Shown here: piece by piece, positions 1 through 9,350 of the stretch
How positions within the stretch are numbered: position 1 is the stretch's first letter
Layout: each line of letters starts with the position of its first letter
NCBI GenBank assembly: GCA_031283915.1
Contig: JAITAY010000147.1
Coordinates: forward strand, 1-36,308
DNA: 36,308 nt
From: Tannerella sp.
GTDB taxonomy: Bacteria > Bacteroidota > Bacteroidia > Bacteroidales > Tannerellaceae
Reading direction: 5' to 3'
Made by a program: the position numbers and the translations under genes
Notes under the pieces: generated by a model
Told to the model about the DNA's origin: nothing
Database searches by the model: none
The model's input: the letters and a program-made list of their open reading frames with translations, nothing else

Positions 1-35
1 CTGCCTGAAAAACTGCCATTTCCGACAGAAATTTC

Positions 36-160
36 ATTTGTAGTGCACAGGGGGTATTGACAATGATTTTCCGTTTTCATTCCTTTGCCGACAAATTTTG
101 AAAGGTAGAGCTATGATGCCAAAGAATAACAAATCGGAAATTTGTAGTGCACAAATCGGA
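36..160. repeat. 14-bp direct repeat ATTTGTAGTGCACA in an AT-rich segment (possible IS end region)
   Basis: Identical copies at 36-49 and 140-153. The second is flanked by AAATCGGA at 131-138 and 153-160. The segment abuts the truncated susD. Confidence 0.6.
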
Positions 161-206
161 TTTTTCTTAAAAGCATTTTGGTGATTACGAGAGTTTTAGT
201 GACTTA

Positions 207-653
207 TTGAATGCGATGTGGGTTAACATCCGCCGCGAACGCAACAGCGAGATGTGGGGCGAAGACCTGCGCAAATACGATATCTGCCGTTGGAGCTCTT
301 TAGACGGGATGATAAACACGCCCTATCATATTGAAGGATTTAAGATCTGGGGGCCGATGAAAGATTTGTACGAACAGGCTCGCACGGAAACTCCGGCTTT
401 ATATGCCGAACTGCGTTACGGTACAGCCGACGCAACCGTATCCGACCCTGCAAACAGTCAATACCTTCGCCCGTATCAGATCTATGCGTCAAACACGCTG
501 TATAACGGCTTCCACTGGAAAATGGCATGGTATCTGTATCCGATAGGTATTCAGCGTTTCATGGATTTAACTCCCGATGGCGACCTATCCAAGTCGCCCC
601 TTTACCAGAATCCCGGATGGGGTCTTGTAGCAGGCAGAGAAGCCGAGTACTGA
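207..653 (+). pseudogene. C-terminal fragment of a RagB/SusD-family nutrient-uptake outer-membrane protein
   Basis: IRRERNSEMWGEDLRKYDICRW matches the SusD IRRERxxELxxEGxRxxDLxRW motif, and the ORF ends YLYPI...YQNPGW. An in-frame TAA at 168-170 means the N-terminal part is not contiguous. Confidence 0.8.
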
Positions 654-677
654 CAGCGATTTCCCATCCTTGAGCAA

Positions 678-722
678 AACGCCGCAGGTTCGGATTTTTC
701 CGTTCCTGCGGCGTTATTCTTC
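678..722 (+). terminator. Rho-independent terminator after the susD fragment
   Basis: Stem AACGCCGCAGG (678-688) / CCTGCGGCGTT (705-715) with an inner CGGA/TCCG pair, followed by a T-rich tail. Confidence 0.7.
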
Positions 723-989
723 ACACAGCTCACCGTTCGCAGAGCTCACAGGTTTGAAATGATCCCAAATGTCCATTAGGCATGGACGTCATCCGGTTCC
801 GTATCTTCCTGTGATCGAGGCGATTCGCGGTACATTTGTAAGTCGCCTTTTTGTTACTGGGTTAGCGCGTGTCAATGTACTGAGACGGGTAGGCAGAAGC
901 TCCTCTTACGCCTTATTATACTCAAAAGGAATTATACTGCACGCGGTATAGTTTTGTGCAAAAACAGGTAGTTAGTAGATAGTAGTTAG

Positions 990-2020
990 TAATGCGAATT
1001 AAGGGTAAAAAACAGCAGTAAATCGATAAAAAAAGTCCTGTATTTGTTTGGATATATCAGTGAAAGTCACTAACTTGGAGGCATAATCACATCGAAAAAA
1101 TTACTCTAAAGATGACCCTCACGGATAATATGACAAAGTTAGTGAAAATATACTGTTACGTATGCGAACAGTGGGAAGAAAAATTACAGTACTGCTGCCA
1201 GCGGTTCAGCAACAATAACCCTCCAGCCTTTACCGATCAGGAAGCGGTCTGCATTTACCTTTACTGCATGAGTGTGGAACGCCGTTTCCGGGTGAAGGAT
1301 ATTTACGGATTCGCAAGTCTATATCTTCGTTCATGGTTTCCCCGGCTTCCCTCTTATGTAGCTTTTGTAAACAGAATGAACCGCCTGAATGAAGCCCTCA
1401 GGTTACTGGCGGAATCTGTTTTGACCGATTTTCAGCCCGAAGCCTGCGATACGGGGATTACGCTTGTGGATTCGATGCCGGTTATTACCTGTTCGGGAAA
1501 ACGCAGGCCCAAAGTAGCGGGAGAAATGGTAACCAAAGGCTACTGTTCGACCAGAGACATGTATTATTACGGTCTCAAACTTCATGCTGCCGGTTACAGA
1601 CGCCGGGGACACCTGCCTTTTCCCGCCCGTTTGATCCTTACCGAAGCATCCGTCAATGACCTTACCCTGCTCAAAAGCATCGGCGATTCTTTTTACGATA
1701 CCTCTTTCTTTGGAGACAGGGACTGCTGGAAACTCATGGCCGCTTCCAACCGGATTGAAATGCTGACACCGGTCAAAAGTATCCCGGGAGAGAGTGAATG
1801 GGAGAAACAGCGAAACAGGGCCTGGGCAAACCTCTATTCCGCTGCCGTTTCTTCTGTCAGACAGCCTGTTGAATCCCTGTTCAACCGGCTGATTGAGAAA
1901 ACGGACATACAGAGAGCCGCGAAAGTCAGGTCGTCCAAAGGACTGCTGACCTTTATTTTTGGACGGATTGCTGCCCCTTTTATTTTCCTGGTTTTTTAAT
2001 GCTACCCTTAATTCGCATTA
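990..2020 (+). mobile_element. IS982-family insertion sequence, about 1.03 kb
   Basis: Perfect inverted repeat TAATGCGAATTAAGGGTA (990-1007) / TACCCTTAATTCGCATTA (2003-2020) around a single transposase ORF. The exact boundary is ambiguous because the host palindrome extends the IR to 26 bp. Confidence 0.85.
1112..1999 (+). CDS. IS982-family DDE transposase
   Basis: Motifs FTDQE, WFPRLPSYVAFVNRMNRL, VDSMP, GYCS...YYYGLKLH and RQPVESLF; 295 aa. Confidence 0.9.
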   Translation: MTLTDNMTKLVKIYCYVCEQWEEKLQYCCQRFSNNNPPAFTDQEAVCIYLYCMSVERRFRVKDIYGFASLYLRSWFPRLPSYVAFVNRMNRLNEALRLLAESVLTDFQPEACDTGITLVDSMPVITCSGKRRPKVAGEMVTKGYCSTRDMYYYGLKLHAAGYRRRGHLPFPARLILTEASVNDLTLLKSIGDSFYDTSFFGDRDCWKLMAASNRIEMLTPVKSIPGESEWEKQRNRAWANLYSAAVSSVRQPVESLFNRLIEKTDIQRAAKVRSSKGLLTFIFGRIAAPFIFLVF

Positions 2021-2184
2021 CTAACTACCCCTTTATGCACAAAACTATACGCACAGCATAATCATTCATCATTAACACCGCCTTCCCGTTATGGAAACAT
2101 AAATAACTGTAAAAAGCACAAAGTTCGTCCGAACCTGAAAATTATTGCTTTAATTTGCCGGCATAATAAATAATCAATATCGTA

Positions 2185-3477
2185 ATGAAATCGGATATTT
2201 TCATTCTTCCTGTATTTATCATGCTGTTTTCCTGTACTTCCGGGGAAAAGGGAGCTGTCATGACGTATACCGTTGAGCGGGGAGATTTTGAAAATACGCT
2301 GACCATTGACGGCTATGTGGAGCCGCTTCGCTCGACAACGGCCAACTGCCCGCCCTACATCGAAGGAACGGTCGGCTTTCTGGTCGAAGACGGGACGTAT
2401 GTGAAGGAGGGCGAGGTGGTGTGTATCGTGGAAGTGGCCGAACTGCAAACCCGGTACGACCAGCTGAAAGCCGATTATGAAATTGCACAGGTGGATCTGA
2501 CCAAGGCGCAGGCTGACCTGGCTTTACGATATACCCTGCTCGAAGCGGAAGTCAAAACCAATGAGGCCGAAACGCAGATTGCCCGGCTGGACTCCCTGCA
2601 ATTGAAATATGCGCCGCCGAATCAGGTGAAGATTAAGGAACTGGAATTGCAGCAGGTGACCATTCAGAAAAACCGTTTTGAAAAGAAATTGAAAGCGCTC
2701 GATGTCATCCGGGAATCGGAAATCAAAATGCAGGAATTGAAGGTGCGGCAGTTGGCCAACAGGCTGCAAACGGCCAAAGATCAACTGGAAGCCTTGAGCA
2801 TCAAAGCGCCTAAAGACGGATTGGCCGTCCGGGTAACGAATTGGGTGACGGGAAAGAAACTCCAGGTGGGCGATCGGGTGTGGCACCTGATGCCCCTGGT
2901 CAACCTGCCCGAATTTGCGGGGATGAAGGTCATCATTCAGGCGCCCGAAGCTGATTACAGGTATATTAATGTAGGGGATTCGGTGACGTATACCTTCGAC
3001 GCCATGCCGGACAACGGGGCTTACGGGAAAATACAAAAGAAGTCGCCGGTCGGACAGGAACGGCTGCCGTTTCTCGTGGTGGGGGACAATAATTCGAAGC
3101 CGTCCAAGGTGAAGTTTTTTGATATAGAAGCCTCGATAGACAGCGCCCAAACCATGCCCGACCCGGGCTATACGGCGAGCTGCCGCATCCTGCTGAAGCT
3201 CTTGAAAGACACGCTGGCCGTCCCGCAGGTTGCGATTTTTGACGAAGACTCGATCCGGGTGGTCTACGTCAAACGGGGAAGGAAATTTGACATGCAGCAA
3301 GTGCAGATCGGCCTTTCATCGCCCAAAGAAGCCGTGATCACCTCCGGCCTGCAGGGCGGCGAAGAGATTTCCCTGATGAAACCCCCGTCGTCGTCTCTGC
3401 GGAAACGACTGCTCCTCCTGCCGGCCGATTCAACCCGAAACACGCCGGCCGATTCCCTTTCCAATGAAATATCTTAA
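2185..3477 (+). CDS. Efflux periplasmic adaptor subunit (HlyD/MacA-like MFP) 1, predicted lipoprotein
   Basis: Lipobox LFSC, lipoyl-hybrid motif VEDGTYVKEGEVV, long coiled coil, IKAPKDG, and a C-terminal AVPQVAI/SGLQGGEEI membrane-proximal domain. Confidence 0.9.
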   Translation: MKSDIFILPVFIMLFSCTSGEKGAVMTYTVERGDFENTLTIDGYVEPLRSTTANCPPYIEGTVGFLVEDGTYVKEGEVVCIVEVAELQTRYDQLKADYEIAQVDLTKAQADLALRYTLLEAEVKTNEAETQIARLDSLQLKYAPPNQVKIKELELQQVTIQKNRFEKKLKALDVIRESEIKMQELKVRQLANRLQTAKDQLEALSIKAPKDGLAVRVTNWVTGKKLQVGDRVWHLMPLVNLPEFAGMKVIIQAPEADYRYINVGDSVTYTFDAMPDNGAYGKIQKKSPVGQERLPFLVVGDNNSKPSKVKFFDIEASIDSAQTMPDPGYTASCRILLKLLKDTLAVPQVAIFDEDSIRVVYVKRGRKFDMQQVQIGLSSPKEAVITSGLQGGEEISLMKPPSSSLRKRLLLLPADSTRNTPADSLSNEIS

Positions 3478-3487
3478 TAAAATCATA

Positions 3488-4732
3488 ATGAAACGAATAC
3501 TTGACTGTTACATCCCTGCTATCTGTTTTCTGTTCCTCTTCGGTTCGTGCGACCGGAAAGATACCGGCGAAATACCGCTGGCGACAGTGACGCGGGGCGT
3601 TTTTTACATCGACCTTTACGAAGAAGGGGAAATCGAAGCGGTTCGTTCGATTAATATCTCGTCGCCGACGATTTCGTGGCGTTACGGAAATTTGAAAATC
3701 ACGCAATTAGTCAAAGACGGACAGGAAGTAAACGCCGGCGACACGCTGATCGTCTTCGACCCCTCGGAAGTCCAGAAAGGCATCGTCGAAGCCGAAGGAC
3801 GCCTGGAAATCAGCCTGGCGGAACTGGAACAGATGAACGCCCAGCATCAGTCCGACCTGGAGGAACTGAATGCCGATTATGAGGTGGCGCGTCTGTCGCG
3901 TGAAATTTCCGCCATTCGCTTTGAATCGGCCGAGTATGAATCGGAAGTGAAGAAAAAGGAAATCCAGTTGAATTTGGACAAGGCCGGCATCGCCCTGGAC
4001 AAGGCCAGGGAACAAATCGAGAACCGTATCAAAATCCAGAAGGAAGAAATCAAACAGAAGAACCTGGCGATCGAACAGGACCGGGCGCGTTTGAACGAAG
4101 CCAATGAAACGCTGAGCAAAATGTTTGTCGTGACGCCGTCGCCCGGCATTGCCATCATCGCCCGCAGCTGGAACAGCGGAAACAAGTTTCAGGTGGGCGA
4201 CCAGTGCTGGTCGGGATTCCCGGTCATCCAGTTGCCGGATTTGTCTTCGATGAAGGCAACCGTAAAAATCAATGAGGTAGACATTGCCAAAATCAGCCGG
4301 GACTTGAAGGTGGAAATCAAGCCGGACGCCTTTTCCGACAGCGTCTTTTCGGGGACGGTGAGCACGGTGGCCAACCTGGCTGTAAACAAGGATGAGTCGT
4401 CCAAGCAGAAAGTCTTTCCGGTGGAAATATTGATAGACGGGACTCATGCGAACCTGCTTCCCGGCCTGACGGTCAGTTGCCGGATTCTCATCGACCGGAT
4501 CGACGACGTGCTGTATGTACCGCTGGAGGCCGTTCATCAGGAAGGTGACAAGTATTTTGTCTACAAAAAAACGGGCAGCGGATTCGACAAAACCGAAATC
4601 GAACGGGGCGTCGTCAATTCCGATTTCATGGTGATCACCTCCGGACTGGATGAAAAAGACAAGGTCGCCCTGATCGATCCTTTCCTCAAGGAAGAAGAAG
4701 AAAAGAAACAGGAAAGCGCCCCCAAAGAGTAA
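3488..4732 (+). CDS. Efflux periplasmic adaptor subunit (MFP) 2, predicted lipoprotein
   Basis: Start moved to ATG 3488 (MKRIL...FGSC lipobox). Motifs VKDGQEVNAGDTL, LLPGLTV and SGLDEKDKV. Confidence 0.9.
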   Translation: MKRILDCYIPAICFLFLFGSCDRKDTGEIPLATVTRGVFYIDLYEEGEIEAVRSINISSPTISWRYGNLKITQLVKDGQEVNAGDTLIVFDPSEVQKGIVEAEGRLEISLAELEQMNAQHQSDLEELNADYEVARLSREISAIRFESAEYESEVKKKEIQLNLDKAGIALDKAREQIENRIKIQKEEIKQKNLAIEQDRARLNEANETLSKMFVVTPSPGIAIIARSWNSGNKFQVGDQCWSGFPVIQLPDLSSMKATVKINEVDIAKISRDLKVEIKPDAFSDSVFSGTVSTVANLAVNKDESSKQKVFPVEILIDGTHANLLPGLTVSCRILIDRIDDVLYVPLEAVHQEGDKYFVYKKTGSGFDKTEIERGVVNSDFMVITSGLDEKDKVALIDPFLKEEEEKKQESAPKE

Positions 4733-4736
4733 TGCC

Positions 4737-5759
4737 ATGAGACAAATTCACATCCCTCCTTGCCGCTCACGCCTGATCCGCTGTTTGTCGTTTATCGTTG
4801 CCTGTCTGATGGTCGCTTGTGGTGATCGGGAAAGCGAAGAAGCGAAAAAAGCGGAGGAGCGGAAAAACCTGGTGGAAACCGGCGAACTGGCCGCCATTAA
4901 TACCCGTTCGTTCGTGTTGCCGCGTTTCGGGCGATACTGGTACGAAATGCGCGTGATCGGTATTCTGGAGCACGGGGCGATCGTCAACGTGGGCGATTCG
5001 ATTATCCAGCTCGACCCTACGGAAGTCAAACGCTTCATCATCGAGCGCGAAAGCTCGCTGGAAACGGAACTGGCGAATCTGGAAAAACTGCGCGTAGACC
5101 ACAGTAACCGGATCAACGAATTGACAAGCAATATAAAGAATGAAACTTCGTCCTTCAACCTGAAGAAAATCGAACTGGAATCTTCCCGTTTCGAGACCGA
5201 GCGTCTGCGCCGCATCAAGGAACTGGAATTTCAGCAAGCTCAAATCACGCTTCGCAAGGAAGAAAAAAGGCTGGACCTGACTAAAATCATTCACGAAAAT
5301 CAACTGAAAATACAGGAAATAAAGGTGCAGCAGGTCGAAACCGAAATCCGGAACGCTTACGCGATTTTGCCGGCGCTGACGCTACGTTCGCCCATTGCCG
5401 GCGTTTTCCAAATCGCCCGTAACTGGCGGACGGGAACGCTGGTCAAGGTCGGCGATAATATTTATACGGGCAATAACTTGGCCAACGTGCCCGAACTGGC
5501 CTGGATGAAAATAAATACGTACATCAACGAAAATGACTTCCTGAACATACGGCTGGGACAGAAGGTGGCCGTTCGTTTAGATGCTTTGCCGGAGATCGTT
5601 TTCGACGGGGAGATAAGCTATATCGGCAAATTGTGTCACTTGAGAGACAACAACAAGAAATCGCGTCAAAAGGTTTTCGATGTAGAGGTCAGGATGTTGA
5701 AGTCCGACTTGCGCCTGAAACCCGGGATGACGGTCCGTTGCGAATATTTAAATGATTGA
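4737..5759 (+). CDS. Efflux periplasmic adaptor subunit (MFP) 3, short form
   Basis: Lipobox MVAC, HGAIVNVGD and LRSPIAG. It ends at LKPGMTVRC, lacking the membrane-proximal tail present in the other two. Confidence 0.88.
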   Translation: MRQIHIPPCRSRLIRCLSFIVACLMVACGDRESEEAKKAEERKNLVETGELAAINTRSFVLPRFGRYWYEMRVIGILEHGAIVNVGDSIIQLDPTEVKRFIIERESSLETELANLEKLRVDHSNRINELTSNIKNETSSFNLKKIELESSRFETERLRRIKELEFQQAQITLRKEEKRLDLTKIIHENQLKIQEIKVQQVETEIRNAYAILPALTLRSPIAGVFQIARNWRTGTLVKVGDNIYTGNNLANVPELAWMKINTYINENDFLNIRLGQKVAVRLDALPEIVFDGEISYIGKLCHLRDNNKKSRQKVFDVEVRMLKSDLRLKPGMTVRCEYLND

Positions 5760-5761
5760 TT

Positions 5762-7000
5762 ATGCAAGTTGAAGAAAACATCCGTCTGGCCATCCGGGGG
5801 TTGGCCGATCACAAGTTCCGTTCCTTCCTGACCATGCTGGGAATCATTTTCGGCGTGGCGTCCGTGATAGCCATGCTGTCGATCGGCGAAGGCGCCAAAC
5901 GCGAGGCCATCGCCAAATATCAGGACCTGGGCGTAAACAATATCATCGTTCGCGAAAAAAAGATGACCGATGCGGAACTGGAAGAAGTCCGCGCCAAATT
6001 CTCGCAAGGGTTGTCCATCCGGGATGCCGGCGTCCTCGGGGAAATCGTCCCCGGCATCGTACGCATGGCCTCGCAGGCGGAAATCAGTACCGATGTCAAA
6101 TATGCCGACAAATCGGTCAAGTCGACGGTCATCGGAATTACGCCCGACTTCCTGTCCATGATGAATTACCGTTTGCGCAACGGGGAATTTATCACGGAGG
6201 AACATGACGAATATCGCGCCAAAGTATGCGTACTGGGAGCCGGGGTCGCCGCGTCCCTGTACCCGAAAGAAGACCCGGTCGGGAAAATGATAAAAATCGA
6301 AGACCAGTGGCTGGAAGTGGTGGGCGTGCTCGAATCGAAAACGCTGTTTACCGAAACGGTCGGCGAACTGGCTGCCCGCGACTTGAATACGGATGTATAC
6401 GTGCCTTTGTCCACTTTTCTGGGACGGTTCAGCCGCGAGAATGTCCTTTCGAGCCAGATACAGCAAATCACCGTCCAGGTGGAAAACTCGGGACGGCTGG
6501 TGGAAGTCTCCAGACTGATTCACGAAATATTGAAAAGGCATCATTTCAATAACGAAGATTACAGCATCATCATTCCTTTCGAACTGCTCAAACAGGAAGA
6601 AAAGGAACGGCAGATTTATAATTTCCTGCTGGGCGCTATTGCCGCCATATCCCTGATTGTAGGAGGTATAGGCATCATGAATATCATGCTGGCAACGGTC
6701 ATGGAACGTACCCGCGAAATCGGTATCCGCCGGGCGATCGGCGCACGGAAGGCCGACATCATGAGCCAGTTTGTTTCCGAAGCGGTGGCTATCAGTATCA
6801 CCGGAGGCATCATAGGCGTCCTGGTGGGCGTCAGTCTTTCGCTGACGGTCTCGCTCTTCACGGATGTGAGTACCTATATCCGACTCTATTCCATCCTGAT
6901 TGCCTTTGCCTTTTCCGTGATTGTCGGGATCAGTTTCGGCTATCTTCCGGCCAAGAATGCGGCTAACCTGAAACCGGTCGATTCGATTCGATACGAATAA
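5762..7000 (+). CDS. MacB/FtsX-type ABC transporter permease
   Basis: RSFLTMLGIIFGVASVIAMLSIGEG and VGGIGIMNIMLATVMERTREIGIRRAIGA. ATG 5762 is preferred over TTG 5756. Confidence 0.95.
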   Translation: MQVEENIRLAIRGLADHKFRSFLTMLGIIFGVASVIAMLSIGEGAKREAIAKYQDLGVNNIIVREKKMTDAELEEVRAKFSQGLSIRDAGVLGEIVPGIVRMASQAEISTDVKYADKSVKSTVIGITPDFLSMMNYRLRNGEFITEEHDEYRAKVCVLGAGVAASLYPKEDPVGKMIKIEDQWLEVVGVLESKTLFTETVGELAARDLNTDVYVPLSTFLGRFSRENVLSSQIQQITVQVENSGRLVEVSRLIHEILKRHHFNNEDYSIIIPFELLKQEEKERQIYNFLLGAIAAISLIVGGIGIMNIMLATVMERTREIGIRRAIGARKADIMSQFVSEAVAISITGGIIGVLVGVSLSLTVSLFTDVSTYIRLYSILIAFAFSVIVGISFGYLPAKNAANLKPVDSIRYE

Positions 7001-7021
7001 CTTACACCTAAAAAAAGGATT

Positions 7022-7720
7022 ATGCTGATTGAGATTGTTCATTTGACAAAGAACTATAGCATCGGAGAAATAGAAATTCCTGCCCTGAAGGATATTAATC
7101 TCACGATTGACAGGAATGAATATGTAGCCATCATGGGGCCTTCCGGTTCGGGGAAGTCCACGCTGATGAATATCCTGGGGTGTCTGGACACGCCTTCGGA
7201 AGGTCATTATTACTTCAACCGGACGGATGTGAGCACGCTGGACGACGACGCGCTGTCGGCGATGCGGAACAGGGAAATCGGTTTCGTGTTTCAGAATTTC
7301 AACCTGCTGCCCCGCCTGACCGCGCTCCAAAACGTGGAACTGCCGCTGATTTATGCAGGCATGTCCGGTCACGAACGGAAAGAGCGGGCATTGACGGCGC
7401 TGGAACGGGTCAATCTGTCCAATCGCATCACTCACAAGCCCAGCGAACTGAGCGGCGGACAGCGGCAACGGGTGGCCATTGCACGCGCACTGGTGACCCA
7501 TCCCGGCATCCTGCTGGCCGACGAACCGACGGGTGCTCTCGACTCGAAAACGGGTGAAGACATCATGGAACTGTTCCGCGAATTGCATCAGGAAGGGAAT
7601 ACCATCATCCTGATTACTCACGAACAGGACATTGCCAACTATGCCGACCGGAATATTTACCTCAGGGACGGAATGATTCATTCCGACCGTCCGAACAGAA
7701 ATAAAATACTTACTCAATAA
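7022..7720 (+). CDS. ABC transporter ATP-binding protein (MacB/LolD-like)
   Basis: Walker [10 protein letters not shown], signature [14 protein letters not shown], Walker [10 protein letters not shown]. Confidence 0.97.
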   Translation: MLIEIVHLTKNYSIGEIEIPALKDINLTIDRNEYVAIMGPSGSGKSTLMNILGCLDTPSEGHYYFNRTDVSTLDDDALSAMRNREIGFVFQNFNLLPRLTALQNVELPLIYAGMSGHERKERALTALERVNLSNRITHKPSELSGGQRQRVAIARALVTHPGILLADEPTGALDSKTGEDIMELFRELHQEGNTIILITHEQDIANYADRNIYLRDGMIHSDRPNRNKILTQ

Positions 7721-7731
7721 AATGACTGGAG

Positions 7732-9213
7732 ATGAAAAAAATACTGTTTGCCTTCTGGATGCTGGCCATTAGCGGTTTGCCGGCTTTGAAATCCGAAACA
7801 TATTATCTGACACTGGAACAAAGTCTCGAAATCGCCAAGGAAAAGAGTTATCGCATGTTAACCCTGATGCAGGAACTCAAGATCGCCGAATACAACCTTC
7901 AATCGGCCACCAGCCGCCTGAAAACCCATATCAACCTGAACCTGTCCCTGCCCAATTATGCCGAAACCGTGCGGCAGAAAGCCGACAGCACGGGCATTTT
8001 CTTTTCGGTCAAAGAATTGACTTATTCAAGCGGCCTGACCATCAACCAGCCGCTGCCGACGGACGGTAACATATTCATACAAACGGGTCTGTCGAGTTAC
8101 AAGGATTACTACACCGGCAACCGTTCGTCGAATCTCAACACACGGCTGGGCTTCAGGCAACCGCTGGATGCCCTGTATGGATATAACGCTATCAAGTCAA
8201 CGCTCAGAAACGCGCAACTGGCCTACGAGCGTTCCAGTAAAGTACTGAAAAGAGAGGAATTGAATCTGGTGTACGACGTGAGCAATGCCTATTATAATTT
8301 GCTTTCGCTGCAGAAAAGGGCGGAAATTGCCCGGTTAGACCTGGAGAGGCAGACCGAAGCGTATGAAATTTCAAAAAACAAGTACGAGGCGGGTCTTCTG
8401 CGCGAGGTGGACGCCCTGCAAATGGAAGTAGACCTGGCCGACGCCCAGAGTAATTACGACATGGCGCTGCTGGCACAGACGTCGTCCATCAACTCGTTCA
8501 AGGAACTGCTCGGCATCTATCTGGATGACAGTATTGTCCTGAACGGCAATCTGGAATACAAGATCATTGTGGTAGATCCGGAGAAGGCCGTCCAACTGGC
8601 GCTGGAAAACCGGCTGGAAATCCGCGAACAGGAAATTCAAATCGAGATGCAGAAGCTCGACATCAAGCGACAGCGGGCGAACGGGATGGTTCGGGGCAAC
8701 ATTGAGGCTTATTTTGAAAAAGTAGGCGTGGCCTCTCCCAGTACCACGACAGCCATATTCAATTCCATCGGAAACTCTTATACGGACTTCATGAACCGTC
8801 CCTACAATTACGGCGTGGGTTTCACCATTTCGATTCCCATTTTTGACTGGGGCGAAAACCGTGCACTGGTACGCGCTGCCCAGGCACGTCTCACGCAGTA
8901 CTCTTTCAGCCGGACGCAAATGGAACGCGAAATCGAAACGGAAGTCCGTAACCTGGCCGCCAGTGTCAGCAGCAATCTGAAACGCCTGCAGTTACTGGAG
9001 AAAAACGTGGCCGTGGCCGAGAAGAGTTTTGAGATCACGCTTAAACGTTTCTCCGACGGCGACATCGACAGCCAGTCGCTGGCGCTGGAACGCAATCGCC
9101 TGAACACGGCCTACACTTCCCACCTGGGCGCTTACATCAGCTACCAATTGACGCTGGCTGACCTGATGCGCAGAACCTTCTTCGACTTCCGCAACGATAC
9201 GGCTATTGAATAA
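7732..9213 (+). CDS. TolC-family outer membrane efflux protein
   Basis: Signal peptide, LTLEQSLEIA, two OEP repeats (DVSNAYYNL, ISIPIFDWG); last gene of the efflux operon. Confidence 0.93.
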   Translation: MKKILFAFWMLAISGLPALKSETYYLTLEQSLEIAKEKSYRMLTLMQELKIAEYNLQSATSRLKTHINLNLSLPNYAETVRQKADSTGIFFSVKELTYSSGLTINQPLPTDGNIFIQTGLSSYKDYYTGNRSSNLNTRLGFRQPLDALYGYNAIKSTLRNAQLAYERSSKVLKREELNLVYDVSNAYYNLLSLQKRAEIARLDLERQTEAYEISKNKYEAGLLREVDALQMEVDLADAQSNYDMALLAQTSSINSFKELLGIYLDDSIVLNGNLEYKIIVVDPEKAVQLALENRLEIREQEIQIEMQKLDIKRQRANGMVRGNIEAYFEKVGVASPSTTTAIFNSIGNSYTDFMNRPYNYGVGFTISIPIFDWGENRALVRAAQARLTQYSFSRTQMEREIETEVRNLAASVSSNLKRLQLLEKNVAVAEKSFEITLKRFSDGDIDSQSLALERNRLNTAYTSHLGAYISYQLTLADLMRRTFFDFRNDTAIE

Positions 9214-9230
9214 GCCGCTTCTGTAACAAC

Positions 9231-9343
9231 CACGGAGGCACCCTTAGTTTGCAAAAGGAAAAAGGCAATGTTAATTTCAGTTTCTCGTTGTAAGAGAGCA
9301 AGGAATTAACAGGCCGGAGAGGTGAACTAAGGGTGTCTCCGTG
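9231..9343. repeat. 113-bp element bounded by 19-bp inverted repeats (MITE-like or long-loop hairpin) between convergent genes
   Basis: CACGGAGGCACCCTTAGTT (9231-9249) and AACTAAGGGTGTCTCCGTG (9325-9343), 1 mismatch. Confidence 0.65.
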
Positions 9344-9350
9344 TTGTCAC

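Larger units (their letters stand above)
932..2061. mobile_element. MITE-like element (TTATACTGCGCGCGGTATAGTTTTGTGCA end family) hosting the IS982 insertion
   Basis: Left end at 932-960; imperfect inverted right end TGCACAAAACTATACGCACAGCATAA at 2036-2061. The same end motif recurs at 13112-13140 and 33823-33851. Confidence 0.7.

Noticed and set aside
769-951. 60-aa ORF upstream of the IS
   Set aside because: No motif, and it runs into the MITE end.
5666-7717. 683-aa minus-strand ORF
   Set aside because: Antisense shadow of the ABC permease and ATPase genes. The same applies to other long opposite-strand ORFs (e.g. 3707-4738, 10131-11282, 14573-15529, 19541-20851).
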